Shown here: in pieces, positions 19,211 through 25,720 of the stretch
How positions within the stretch are numbered: the first letter of the stretch is position 1
How the letters are laid out: every line of letters begins with the position of its first letter
Source of the DNA: an uncultured Candidatus Peribacteria bacterium
Lineage (GTDB): Bacteria; Patescibacteriota; Gracilibacteria; UBA1369; UBA12470
Length of the DNA stretch: 64,000 bases
Direction of reading: 5' to 3'
NCBI GenBank assembly: GCA_964344725.1
Contig: CAYFOI010000003.1
Span: 1,520-65,519, forward strand
The notes under the pieces: model-generated
Seen by the model: only the letters and a program-made list of their open reading frames with translations
What the model was told of the DNA's origin: nothing
The model's database searches: none
Program-made: the position numbers and the translations under genes

Positions 19211-19277
19211 AGTTAGGTTTAATTCCGTCCTAGGACAGAATTTCTAGGTTGATTTGGCTAACTGGGGTTGTTCTGTA

Positions 19278-19306
19278 TTGAAAAAAAGCAAGTTTTCCCT
19301 TAAAAT
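19278..19306 (+). promoter_or_regulatory. Sigma70-like promoter for tRNA-Arg (TTGAAA-17-TAAAAT)
   Basis: TTGAAA at 19278-19283, a 17-nt spacer, and TAAAAT at 19301-19306. It lies 22 nt upstream of the tRNA 5' end. Confidence 0.5.
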
Positions 19307-19327
19307 TCGCTCTGCTTTGCACAAAAT

Positions 19328-19403
19328 GCGCCCGTAGTTCAGTGGATAGAACGCCAGATTGCGGATCTGGAAGTCGTAGGTTCAAATCCTGCCGGGCGCG
19401 CCA
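19328..19403 (+). tRNA. tRNA-Arg, anticodon GCG, with encoded CCA
   Basis: Manual cloverleaf: acceptor GCGCCCG/CGGGCGC, D arm GTTC-AGTGGATA-GAAC, anticodon arm CCAGA-TTGCGGA-TCTGG (U33, G34 C35 G36, G37), variable loop AAGTC, T arm GTAGG-TTCAAAT-CCTGC, discriminator G, then CCA. Confidence 0.9.
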
Positions 19404-19404
19404 G

Positions 19405-19517
19405 AGATGTTTGTTATTGTCTCGCTTATGGTTTCCTTTCTGTAATTTGGACTCCAGTTTCACCGAAGCCCAAATTACAGAAGCGTGCAAATATAAGCTC
19501 AACAATAACAAAAATCT
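19405..19517. repeat. Nested-hairpin element, family 1, copy A (immediately 3' of tRNA-Arg)
   Basis: Outer arms AGATGTTTGTTATTGTCTCGC and GCTCAACAATAACAAAAATCT pair at 17 of 21 positions. The conserved internal segments are TTATGGTTTCCTTTCTG and CAGAAGCGTGCAAATAT. The inner stem is CTGTAATTTGG/CCAAATTACAG, and the apical loop is ACTCCAGTTTCACCGAAGC. Confidence 0.75.
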
Positions 19518-19665
19518 TATCTATGGCAGTGTCTCGCATTATCTGGCGAGACGTTTCCAAGCTCGCTCTAAACATTCAAAAAATCTTTTGAAGCACTGCT
19601 GATGTTTTGTCGCAACTTTTTCTCTTTAATGGGTTATTGTATCTCAGTAAATAATATCAAACTTC

Positions 19666-19851
19666 ATGAAGATTCTTAAACCTGTAGCTACGATTGGCTT
19701 GTCGACGATGTTTGCATTGGGGCTTTCGCATGCTTGTCGTTCTGATGATGTTGTTAGCCAGCCTATTCCTGAACAGACTCAGCAGCGTAGTAACTTGCAG
19801 ATGTTTTTGGATTTTTTGGATGAATATAATGATTCGGATTCCGAGCAGTAA
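19666..19851 (+). CDS. Small secreted protein or possible lipoprotein (61 aa)
   Basis: Signal-peptide-like N-terminus MKILKPVATIGLSTMFALGLSHAC followed by an acidic tail. It sits between family-1 copies A and B. Confidence 0.45.
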   Translation: MKILKPVATIGLSTMFALGLSHACRSDDVVSQPIPEQTQQRSNLQMFLDFLDEYNDSDSEQ

Positions 19852-19902
19852 CTTCCAAAATTACTCCTGATGTGGTAAAATTTCCCGGCTAATCTTTTTT
19901 TG

Positions 19903-20004
19903 ATGAAGGACCAGAAATTCAAACTTGTATCAGCTTTTATGAAATATTGCTCAAATGGTTTCCTTTCTGTTATTTGTAGCCCAATTACATCGGATTACAA
20001 ATAA
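19903..20004 (+). pseudogene. Diverged fragment of the uvrB 5' end (33-codon decoy ORF running into element B)
   Basis: 19915-19938 (AAATTCAAACTTGTATCAGCTTTT) matches uvrB 20074-20097 (AAATTCAAACTTGTTTCAGATTTT) at 22 of 24 positions. The decoy encodes MKDQKFKLVSAF..., compared with UvrB MSKFKLVSDF. The decoy ATG is in frame with the uvrB ATG, 165 nt upstream. Confidence 0.65.
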
Positions 20005-20043
20005 CAGAAGCGTGCAAATATTTTCGCAATATTCCTAAAATCT
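19932..20043. repeat. Nested-hairpin element, family 1, copy B (25 nt upstream of the uvrB ATG)
   Basis: The outer arms are AGCTTTTATGAAATATTGC and GCAATATTCCTAAAATCT. The conserved internal segments are TCAAATGGTTTCCTTTCTG and CAGAAGCGTGCAAATATTTTC. The inner stem is CTGTTATTTGTA/TACAAATAACAG, and the loop is GCCCAATTACATCGGAT. Confidence 0.75.
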
Positions 20044-20067
20044 TTATGGATTAATAATTGTTAGCTT

Positions 20068-22047
20068 ATGTCTAAATTCAAACTTGTTTCAGATTTTCAA
20101 CCAATGGGAGACCAGCCGACTGCGATTGCACAGCTCGTCAAAGGTCTTGAGGCGAATAAGAGGTTTCAGACGCTTCTTGGTGCGACGGGGACGGGTAAGA
20201 CTTATGTGATGGCGCAGATTGTTGAGCAGCTGCAGCGGCCTACTATTGTTTTGGCGCATAATAAGACGCTGGCGGCGCAGCTTTTTTCGGAGTTTAAGAG
20301 TTTTTTTCCGGATAACGCGATTTCGTATTTTGTATCTTATTATGATTATTATCAGCCGGAAGCTTATATTGCGCATACGGATACCTATATCGAGAAAGAT
20401 GCGCAGATTAATGAGGAGATTGAGAAGTATCGGCATAAGGCAACGATGAATCTTTTGACGAGGCCGGATACGCTTATTGTTTCTTCGGTTTCTTGTATTT
20501 ATGGTCTTGGGAATCCGGGTGATTATGAGGATCTTAAGATTACTTTAAAAGTAGGGGAGACTCGGCAGAGAGACAAGTTGCTTCGTCATTTGACGGATTT
20601 GCAGTATACGAGGTCGAATATTGAGTTTAAGAACGGGATGTTTCATGTGCTTGGGGATGTCGTGGAGATTTTTCCTCCAGGTATGGATAGCGTTTATCGT
20701 ATTGATTTCTTTGGAGATGAAATTGAAGCGATTCAAGAGGTTGAGCACTTCACTGGAGAGCTTATTGAGGAGCTCTCTGAGGTTACGATTTTCCCGGCCA
20801 AGCATGATGTGACTACTGAAGAGAAGATTAAGCATGCTGTTGAATTAATTCGTCCTGATCTTGAAGCTCGTGTAAAGCAGCTTACTGATATTGGGAAGGG
20901 TCTTGAGGCGCAGAGGCTTCGGACGAGAACGGAGTATGATATTGAGATTTTGCTGGAAACTGGTTATTGCACAGGTATTGAAAACTATGTTCGTTATCTT
21001 AATTTGCGTGAGCCGGGTGAGCAGCCTGCTACACTTTTGGACTACTTCCCGGATGATTTTCTTATGATTATTGACGAGTCGCATATGACTGTGCCGCAGA
21101 TTGGCGCGATGCATAATGGGAATCTTTCACGCAAGAAAAATCTTGTTGAGCATGGGTTCCGTTTGCCTTCGGCTTATGACAATCGTCCGCTTAAGTTTGA
21201 GGAGTTTGAGGATCATGTTAAGAGGTGTGTTTTTGTTTCTGCTACTCCTGGGAAATATGAAATGGCACATACTAAAAAAGCGGATATCGCGGAGCAAATT
21301 ATTCGTCCGACAGGGCTGCTTGATCCGCAGGTTGAGGTTCGCTCCTCAGAAGGGCAGATGAAAGATTTGCGTAAGGAGATTGATAAAGTGCTTGAGCGCA
21401 ATGAGAGGGTTTTGGTGACGACTTTGACTAAGAAAATGGCTGAGGCTCTGACGAAATTCTTGGCTGAGCAAGGACTGAGCGTGAGGTATTTGCATTCGGA
21501 TATTGATACGATGGAGCGTATTGAGATTTTGCGTGATTTACGGCTTGGAAGGTTCGATATTTTGGTTGGAATTAACCTTCTGCGCGAGGGGCTTGATCTG
21601 CCAGAGGTGTCCTTGATTGGAATTCTGGATGCGGATAAGCAAGGGTTCTTAAGGTCTGAGAGTGCACTTATTCAAACCATTGGTCGTGCGGCTCGTAATG
21701 TGAATGGGAAGGTGATTATGTATGCTGACAATATGACTCCTGCTATGGAGGCGGCGATAGGAGAGACTGAGCGTCGTCGTGCTAAACAAGAGGCTTATAA
21801 CAAGGAGCATGGTATTACGCCGCAGACGATTATTAAGAAGATTCACGATATGGAAGAGATGAAGAAAGAGGAAGCTAAGAAGCAAGTTAAGCATTACGAT
21901 GGCAAGAAAGTTCCTCGTGAGGAACGCGAGCGTCTCATTGAAGGTATGGAGGCCGAGATGGATATCGCAGCTCAAAATATGGAGTTTGAAAAAGCTGCTG
22001 AGATTCGAGATGAGATTGAGAGGCTGCAATCTGAGTGGAATATGTAG
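20068..22047 (+). CDS. uvrB: Excinuclease ABC subunit B
   Basis: Motifs GDQPTAI, LLGATGTGKT, DESHMTVPQ, GINLLREGLDLPEV and QTIGRAARN, plus the C-terminal UVR motif (FEKAAEIRDEI). Confidence 0.95.
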   Translation: MSKFKLVSDFQPMGDQPTAIAQLVKGLEANKRFQTLLGATGTGKTYVMAQIVEQLQRPTIVLAHNKTLAAQLFSEFKSFFPDNAISYFVSYYDYYQPEAYIAHTDTYIEKDAQINEEIEKYRHKATMNLLTRPDTLIVSSVSCIYGLGNPGDYEDLKITLKVGETRQRDKLLRHLTDLQYTRSNIEFKNGMFHVLGDVVEIFPPGMDSVYRIDFFGDEIEAIQEVEHFTGELIEELSEVTIFPAKHDVTTEEKIKHAVELIRPDLEARVKQLTDIGKGLEAQRLRTRTEYDIEILLETGYCTGIENYVRYLNLREPGEQPATLLDYFPDDFLMIIDESHMTVPQIGAMHNGNLSRKKNLVEHGFRLPSAYDNRPLKFEEFEDHVKRCVFVSATPGKYEMAHTKKADIAEQIIRPTGLLDPQVEVRSSEGQMKDLRKEIDKVLERNERVLVTTLTKKMAEALTKFLAEQGLSVRYLHSDIDTMERIEILRDLRLGRFDILVGINLLREGLDLPEVSLIGILDADKQGFLRSESALIQTIGRAARNVNGKVIMYADNMTPAMEAAIGETERRRAKQEAYNKEHGITPQTIIKKIHDMEEMKKEEAKKQVKHYDGKKVPREERERLIEGMEAEMDIAAQNMEFEKAAEIRDEIERLQSEWNM

Positions 22048-22158
22048 GATTTTTGTTTATCTTGCTCAAATGGTTTCGTTTCTGTTATTACGAACCCAAT
22101 TTCATCGAGCTCGTAATAACAGAAGCCTGCAAATATTTTCGCAAGACAAACAAAAATC
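22048..22158. repeat. Nested-hairpin element, family 1, copy C (starts 1 nt after the uvrB stop)
   Basis: Outer arms GATTTTTGTTTATCTTGC and GCAAGACAAACAAAAATC pair at 17 of 18 positions. The conserved segments are TCAAATGGTTTCGTTTCTG and CAGAAGCCTGCAAATATTTTC. The inner stem is CTGTTATTACGA/TCGTAATAACAG, and the loop is ACCCAATTTCATCGAGC. Confidence 0.75.
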
Positions 22159-22245
22159 TAATGAGGGTGCTGCTGATGCTCTCTCGACAATAACAAAAAT
22201 CTTTTGAGGAGTGGTTTGTTTTGGTGGCATTTGTTGTTGATATAA

Positions 22246-22255
22246 GGGGGGGGGG
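22246..22255 (+). repeat. Homopolymeric G10 tract in the intergenic region upstream of the 22353 gene
   Basis: TATAAGGGGGGGGGGTGTTT; ten consecutive G, about 100 nt upstream of the start codon at 22353. Confidence 0.9.
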
Positions 22256-22352
22256 TGTTTTGCAGGTTGGCGTATGTGTTCGTTCCGCGAGGTCGTTGCT
22301 AACAAGGCTTTTTGTTGTATAATTTTAGCTTAAATTTCAAATAATTTTTGTT

Positions 22353-23498
22353 ATGGAGTTAATTCACCCAAAAGACTTGGATCTTTCGCCACAGGGCGTA
22401 GCGAGATGTGTAGATTTATGGGAAGGTCTTGATTTTGATGATCCAGCTTCGGTTGAGGAGATGAATCGGTTTTTTACCTCTGATGTATTCCAAGCTCGTG
22501 ACGAGTCTTCTGGTGAGCTAACTCGTCCTACTGAGGTTGTAGAGGGAAGTTTTGTAGCTTTTTTGAGGAATGTTCGGAGTATTGCTGACAGTGGAAGAAG
22601 ACATGATACGATGCGGGCTTTTATAGGTCTGCGTGATGATATTGTGAATGGTCGTCCTTTGACTCAAGAGGATCTTGCATTGTGTAGGAAGTTTGGACTT
22701 AAAAACTTGGCGGGTGCGAATTTGAGTGGTATGCATGTTCCGCATAGCCTTGAAGCGGATTTGGGTAATGCTGATGCGAGGGATTTAAGTGTTGATGGTA
22801 ATCTTAGTATGCCGCGTGTTCGAAATGCGTTAAGGTTAAGGGTTATGGGTAATCTTATGGTTGATCAAGCGAGGAATGTTGCAGCAAAAGAAGTCGGTGG
22901 TGATGTCGATCTTGAGAAGGTTGATCTTAGGGTTCAGCTTGGCAAAGTTGTTGGTGGTGTTCATGTTGGAGATGTTGATACTATTACTATGGCTGAAGTT
23001 AGTGGTGATGTAGTACTTGGAAAAATTCATAACAATGCAACTATTGAACAAGTTGCCGGTAGTGTTAGAGCTCGAGAAATTGAGAATGTTCTGACAATAG
23101 AAGAATCTACTGGTTCTATTGTTAAAATTATTTGTGCTAGTATTGTTCGAGTTTTTAAATCTCGGCAAGTTGAGATTGATCATGCTCAATCTAATGTTGA
23201 TATTTCGGATACTGCTATTGCTACAGTTAACAAAGCTGATGCGAGTGTTGTAATGCATGATGTTTCAAATGTTAGGGTTGATAGGGCCAGGGATGTTTAT
23301 ATCTCTGGGGTTTCTGCTACTTGTTTTATCGATGAAGTAGAACACAATGTTTCTATTTACGAGGCGAATCCTGGGGCGTCTATTGGTATTACAAAAGCTG
23401 GTGGTGAAACGAGTATCAATCGTTTGCCAGACTGGTTGTATAAACGTATGCCATATTTAGTGTTAGAGATTTGGAGTCGGGTTAGTAGGATTTATTAA
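22353..23498 (+). CDS. Hypothetical protein with a pentapeptide-like stretch and a long beta-helix-type repeat region (381 aa)
   Basis: The stretch LKNLAGANLSGMHVPHSLEADLGNADARDLSVDGNLS is pentapeptide-like. It is followed by about 200 aa of ~20-residue V/I-x-G-x-V periodic repeats (VGGDVDLEKVDLRV, VVGGVHVGDVDTITMAEVSGDVVLGKI...), reminiscent of bactofilin or polymer-forming beta-helices. Confidence 0.55.
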   Translation: MELIHPKDLDLSPQGVARCVDLWEGLDFDDPASVEEMNRFFTSDVFQARDESSGELTRPTEVVEGSFVAFLRNVRSIADSGRRHDTMRAFIGLRDDIVNGRPLTQEDLALCRKFGLKNLAGANLSGMHVPHSLEADLGNADARDLSVDGNLSMPRVRNALRLRVMGNLMVDQARNVAAKEVGGDVDLEKVDLRVQLGKVVGGVHVGDVDTITMAEVSGDVVLGKIHNNATIEQVAGSVRAREIENVLTIEESTGSIVKIICASIVRVFKSRQVEIDHAQSNVDISDTAIATVNKADASVVMHDVSNVRVDRARDVYISGVSATCFIDEVEHNVSIYEANPGASIGITKAGGETSINRLPDWLYKRMPYLVLEIWSRVSRIY

Positions 23499-23570
23499 AC
23501 TTAAGCTAAAGCTTTTTGTATAGATCTTAGCTCGTGCTATAAATAGGGCAGGTTCTTAAAATACAAAAAC

Positions 23571-24722
23571 ATGAAACCAAAAATCTTCACTGTTGTTATC
23601 GGCATAGCTGTTTTAGGCGCTGGGTCTTTTTATTTTTTGTCTGGGGAAGACGCTTTGGAGCAGGAACAGGAGTCTGTTATTGATTCGGGTTTTGAGGTTG
23701 AATTTGTTGAGACGGTCAATGTTATTCCGGATGATGATTATAGTTTTGGGGCTTTTTGTAGGGTGAATTATGTTGAGGCGACCGATAGTTTTGTTGTGAC
23801 TTTTGGGGGGTCGAATCAGGGGCATCCTGATGATACGACTGATGATGCTGATGCTGATGATGTTGATGAGGGGAATGCTGGTGGTTTAGAAGGGGCTGGG
23901 GGTTATGCCTACAAGGTTTATTCTACTGATTTTGAATATACTGGTGAGAATGGAATATACATTTATGGCGGGGGGGATGCTGCGAATGTGATGGTAGATG
24001 ATGTTTATTATCATTTGACTGGGCATCCTGATGGGTGGCGAGTTGGAGCTTATGATGCTGTGACTTGGGAAGAGCTTGATATGGTTTATATTGAGCTTGA
24101 TGAGAATGAGCAGCCGAATGATCAAATGTTAGTTTATGTTAATGGTCAGTTCTTTTTGAGCAGCATGCTTTCTTCCGAGATACAGCCTGAGACTGATCCA
24201 GAGGTTGGTTATAAGACTCATCATCATGTTCTTAATTCTGAGCTTGAGCTTGTTGATGAATTTGTGCTTGGGGATGTGCCTCATATTAATGGATCTTCTC
24301 TAGTTTTGGTTGATGGTGTGTATAATTTCGTGACTTCTACGGCTTATTTTGGAGATTTGATTGTTATGCAGTATGACGAGGATTGGAATTTTTTGGATAG
24401 CAAGATCCTTTATGAAAATGCTCAATGGGCGCAAGGTACTGTTTATGATGAAGAGCGGGAGCTTTTTTATGTTGCTTATTTGGAAAATGTTCAAGGTGAA
24501 CGAGGCCGAGAAAGTAATACCAAGCTGGGGGTTTTTGATAAGAATTGGGAGACTGTTGAGATTGTTGACGTGACGGATCTTCCTGGTGAAGAGGACTTGA
24601 TGGCGGGAAGGCCTTCTGTAATGCAGCATGGAGATAAAATCTATGTTTCTTACGATGTTTCTCATTTTGAGGGGCTTGATTGGGCTTGCGTTGTGGATGT
24701 TTTCGAAATAGCATTTCCTTGA
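23571..24722 (+). CDS. Hypothetical membrane-anchored or secreted protein (383 aa)
   Basis: N-terminal hydrophobic segment MKPKIFTVVIGIAVLGAGSFYFL, then an acidic low-complexity stretch (DDTTDDADADDVDEG) and an aromatic-rich globular region. I see no recognisable motif. Confidence 0.55.
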   Translation: MKPKIFTVVIGIAVLGAGSFYFLSGEDALEQEQESVIDSGFEVEFVETVNVIPDDDYSFGAFCRVNYVEATDSFVVTFGGSNQGHPDDTTDDADADDVDEGNAGGLEGAGGYAYKVYSTDFEYTGENGIYIYGGGDAANVMVDDVYYHLTGHPDGWRVGAYDAVTWEELDMVYIELDENEQPNDQMLVYVNGQFFLSSMLSSEIQPETDPEVGYKTHHHVLNSELELVDEFVLGDVPHINGSSLVLVDGVYNFVTSTAYFGDLIVMQYDEDWNFLDSKILYENAQWAQGTVYDEERELFYVAYLENVQGERGRESNTKLGVFDKNWETVEIVDVTDLPGEEDLMAGRPSVMQHGDKIYVSYDVSHFEGLDWACVVDVFEIAFP

Positions 24723-24773
24723 TTTAAAAGCCATTTTTCGGTACTATTGCTTCCTTTTATTTAAGGTGCGTTT

Positions 24774-25565
24774 ATGGCTTCTTCGCCGATTGATAGAATT
24801 GAAGTGCAGCTTAAGGATGCTTCTGGAGTTGAAACTCTGGTGTCTGCTGATGGTCAGGATTTTGATAGACAGCTTTTTGCGGCACGTGTTGAGCTTGCGA
24901 TGCAGGATCCAGGTTTGTGGGTTTATCAAGAAGCTTTGTTTGATAACAGCCATACTTTAACTTCTCAAACGCCGTATGAGCTTGATCCAGATTTTGTGGA
25001 ATTGATACGTAGATATCCTCAAGGAGTAAGAAGTGTTCGTATTGATATGGGGGCTTTTAGGAAGGTTGAAGTTGAACTGCCTTTTGATGAGGATATTTTT
25101 GATAGAATTCAGACTTATTTACTTGGGTTGGAAGTTCCGGGATATAAGCTTGCTGAGGTATATTTTTATCAAGATCCTCTTGATGAAGATAATTATGCTG
25201 GAGTTGTTGGGAGGAGTGACAGTCCTGTTAGTATTGCGAGGATTAGGAAGAGGTTTCGAGATCTACAATTTGTCGAAGATGATCCTGTTCAATTGAGTTT
25301 TACGTTGATTGCTGACAGGGTTGATCCACTGTATATGTATAATTCGGGGCCGACTTTTTTGGCAGGTATTGACGATGAAATATCACCTTCTTTAGAGTGT
25401 TTGCAGTCAATTGATCCTAATGGAGAGGTTCCTGAGCGTTTTAATGTTTCGGTTAAGCTTGTTGATAGAGATGAGCCTCTGATTTTACCTGTGATTGCAA
25501 GGAACCTTACAGAGTTTGCTGCGTTTGTTTGCGGGGAATGGGATAGGTGTTCGACTTATGAATAG
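24774..25565 (+). CDS. Hypothetical cytoplasmic protein (263 aa)
   Basis: A long ORF in an otherwise empty interval, with no signal peptide or TM segment and no motif I recognise. Confidence 0.5.
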   Translation: MASSPIDRIEVQLKDASGVETLVSADGQDFDRQLFAARVELAMQDPGLWVYQEALFDNSHTLTSQTPYELDPDFVELIRRYPQGVRSVRIDMGAFRKVEVELPFDEDIFDRIQTYLLGLEVPGYKLAEVYFYQDPLDEDNYAGVVGRSDSPVSIARIRKRFRDLQFVEDDPVQLSFTLIADRVDPLYMYNSGPTFLAGIDDEISPSLECLQSIDPNGEVPERFNVSVKLVDRDEPLILPVIARNLTEFAAFVCGEWDRCSTYE

Positions 25566-25609
25566 GTTTTTCTACCAACTTGCGATAGGGAAATCCTCAC
25601 CTCATTAGA

Positions 25610-25647
25610 AAATTTGACTTCTGGCATACGCCAGATTTGTCAGATTT
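25610..25647. terminator. Long hairpin between convergent genes (candidate bidirectional terminator)
   Basis: AAATTTGAC-T-TCTGGC-ATAC-GCCAGA-TTT-GTCAGATTT forms 15 bp, including one G-U pair. It lies between the 3' ends of the 24774 gene and the DUF2207 gene. Confidence 0.4.
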
Positions 25648-25720
25648 CCTACTCGGTGTCCTCCGCTCTCGGAGCACTCGACGGAGCTCGTACTCCTATC
25701 GCTTCGGAACGGATTTCTCG

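Noticed and set aside
19230-19511. The 93-aa minus-strand ORF overlapping tRNA-Arg and element A, and the 96-aa ORF at 36773-37063.
   Set aside because: The first is antisense to a well-formed tRNA and a repeat element. The second spans the terminator hairpin and promoter of the V-ATPase operon. Both are better explained as chance ORFs in non-coding DNA.
19968-20006. The CTGT...ACAG ends of the element B inner stem as a LexA (SOS) box controlling uvrB.
   Set aside because: The E. coli-type SOS box is CTGT-N8-ACAG. Here the two halves are about 33 nt apart and are simply the base of a hairpin. The same CTGT/ACAG ends occur in copies A and C, which are not upstream of SOS-type genes.
19950-20035. 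Short ORFs starting at the conserved AAATGG of family-1 copies B and C (MVSFLL...) as a small toxin-like protein gene, in a type I TA-like fold-back mRNA.
   Set aside because: In copy A the ORF is cut after 5 codons although the structure is kept. The peptide's hydrophobic stretch is only about 10 residues, too short for a membrane toxin. Sequence differences between B and C track base-pair compensation rather than amino-acid conservation. I mention it as a caveat under the family-1 finding.
19405-22158. Family-1 and family-2 hairpins as integron attC sites flanking gene cassettes.
   Set aside because: They lack the conserved R''/R' core (RYYYAAC / GTTRRRY) at the stem bases, and here the base of the stem is the variable part. 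No intI-like integrase or attI is present in the window. One of the would-be cassettes would be uvrB.
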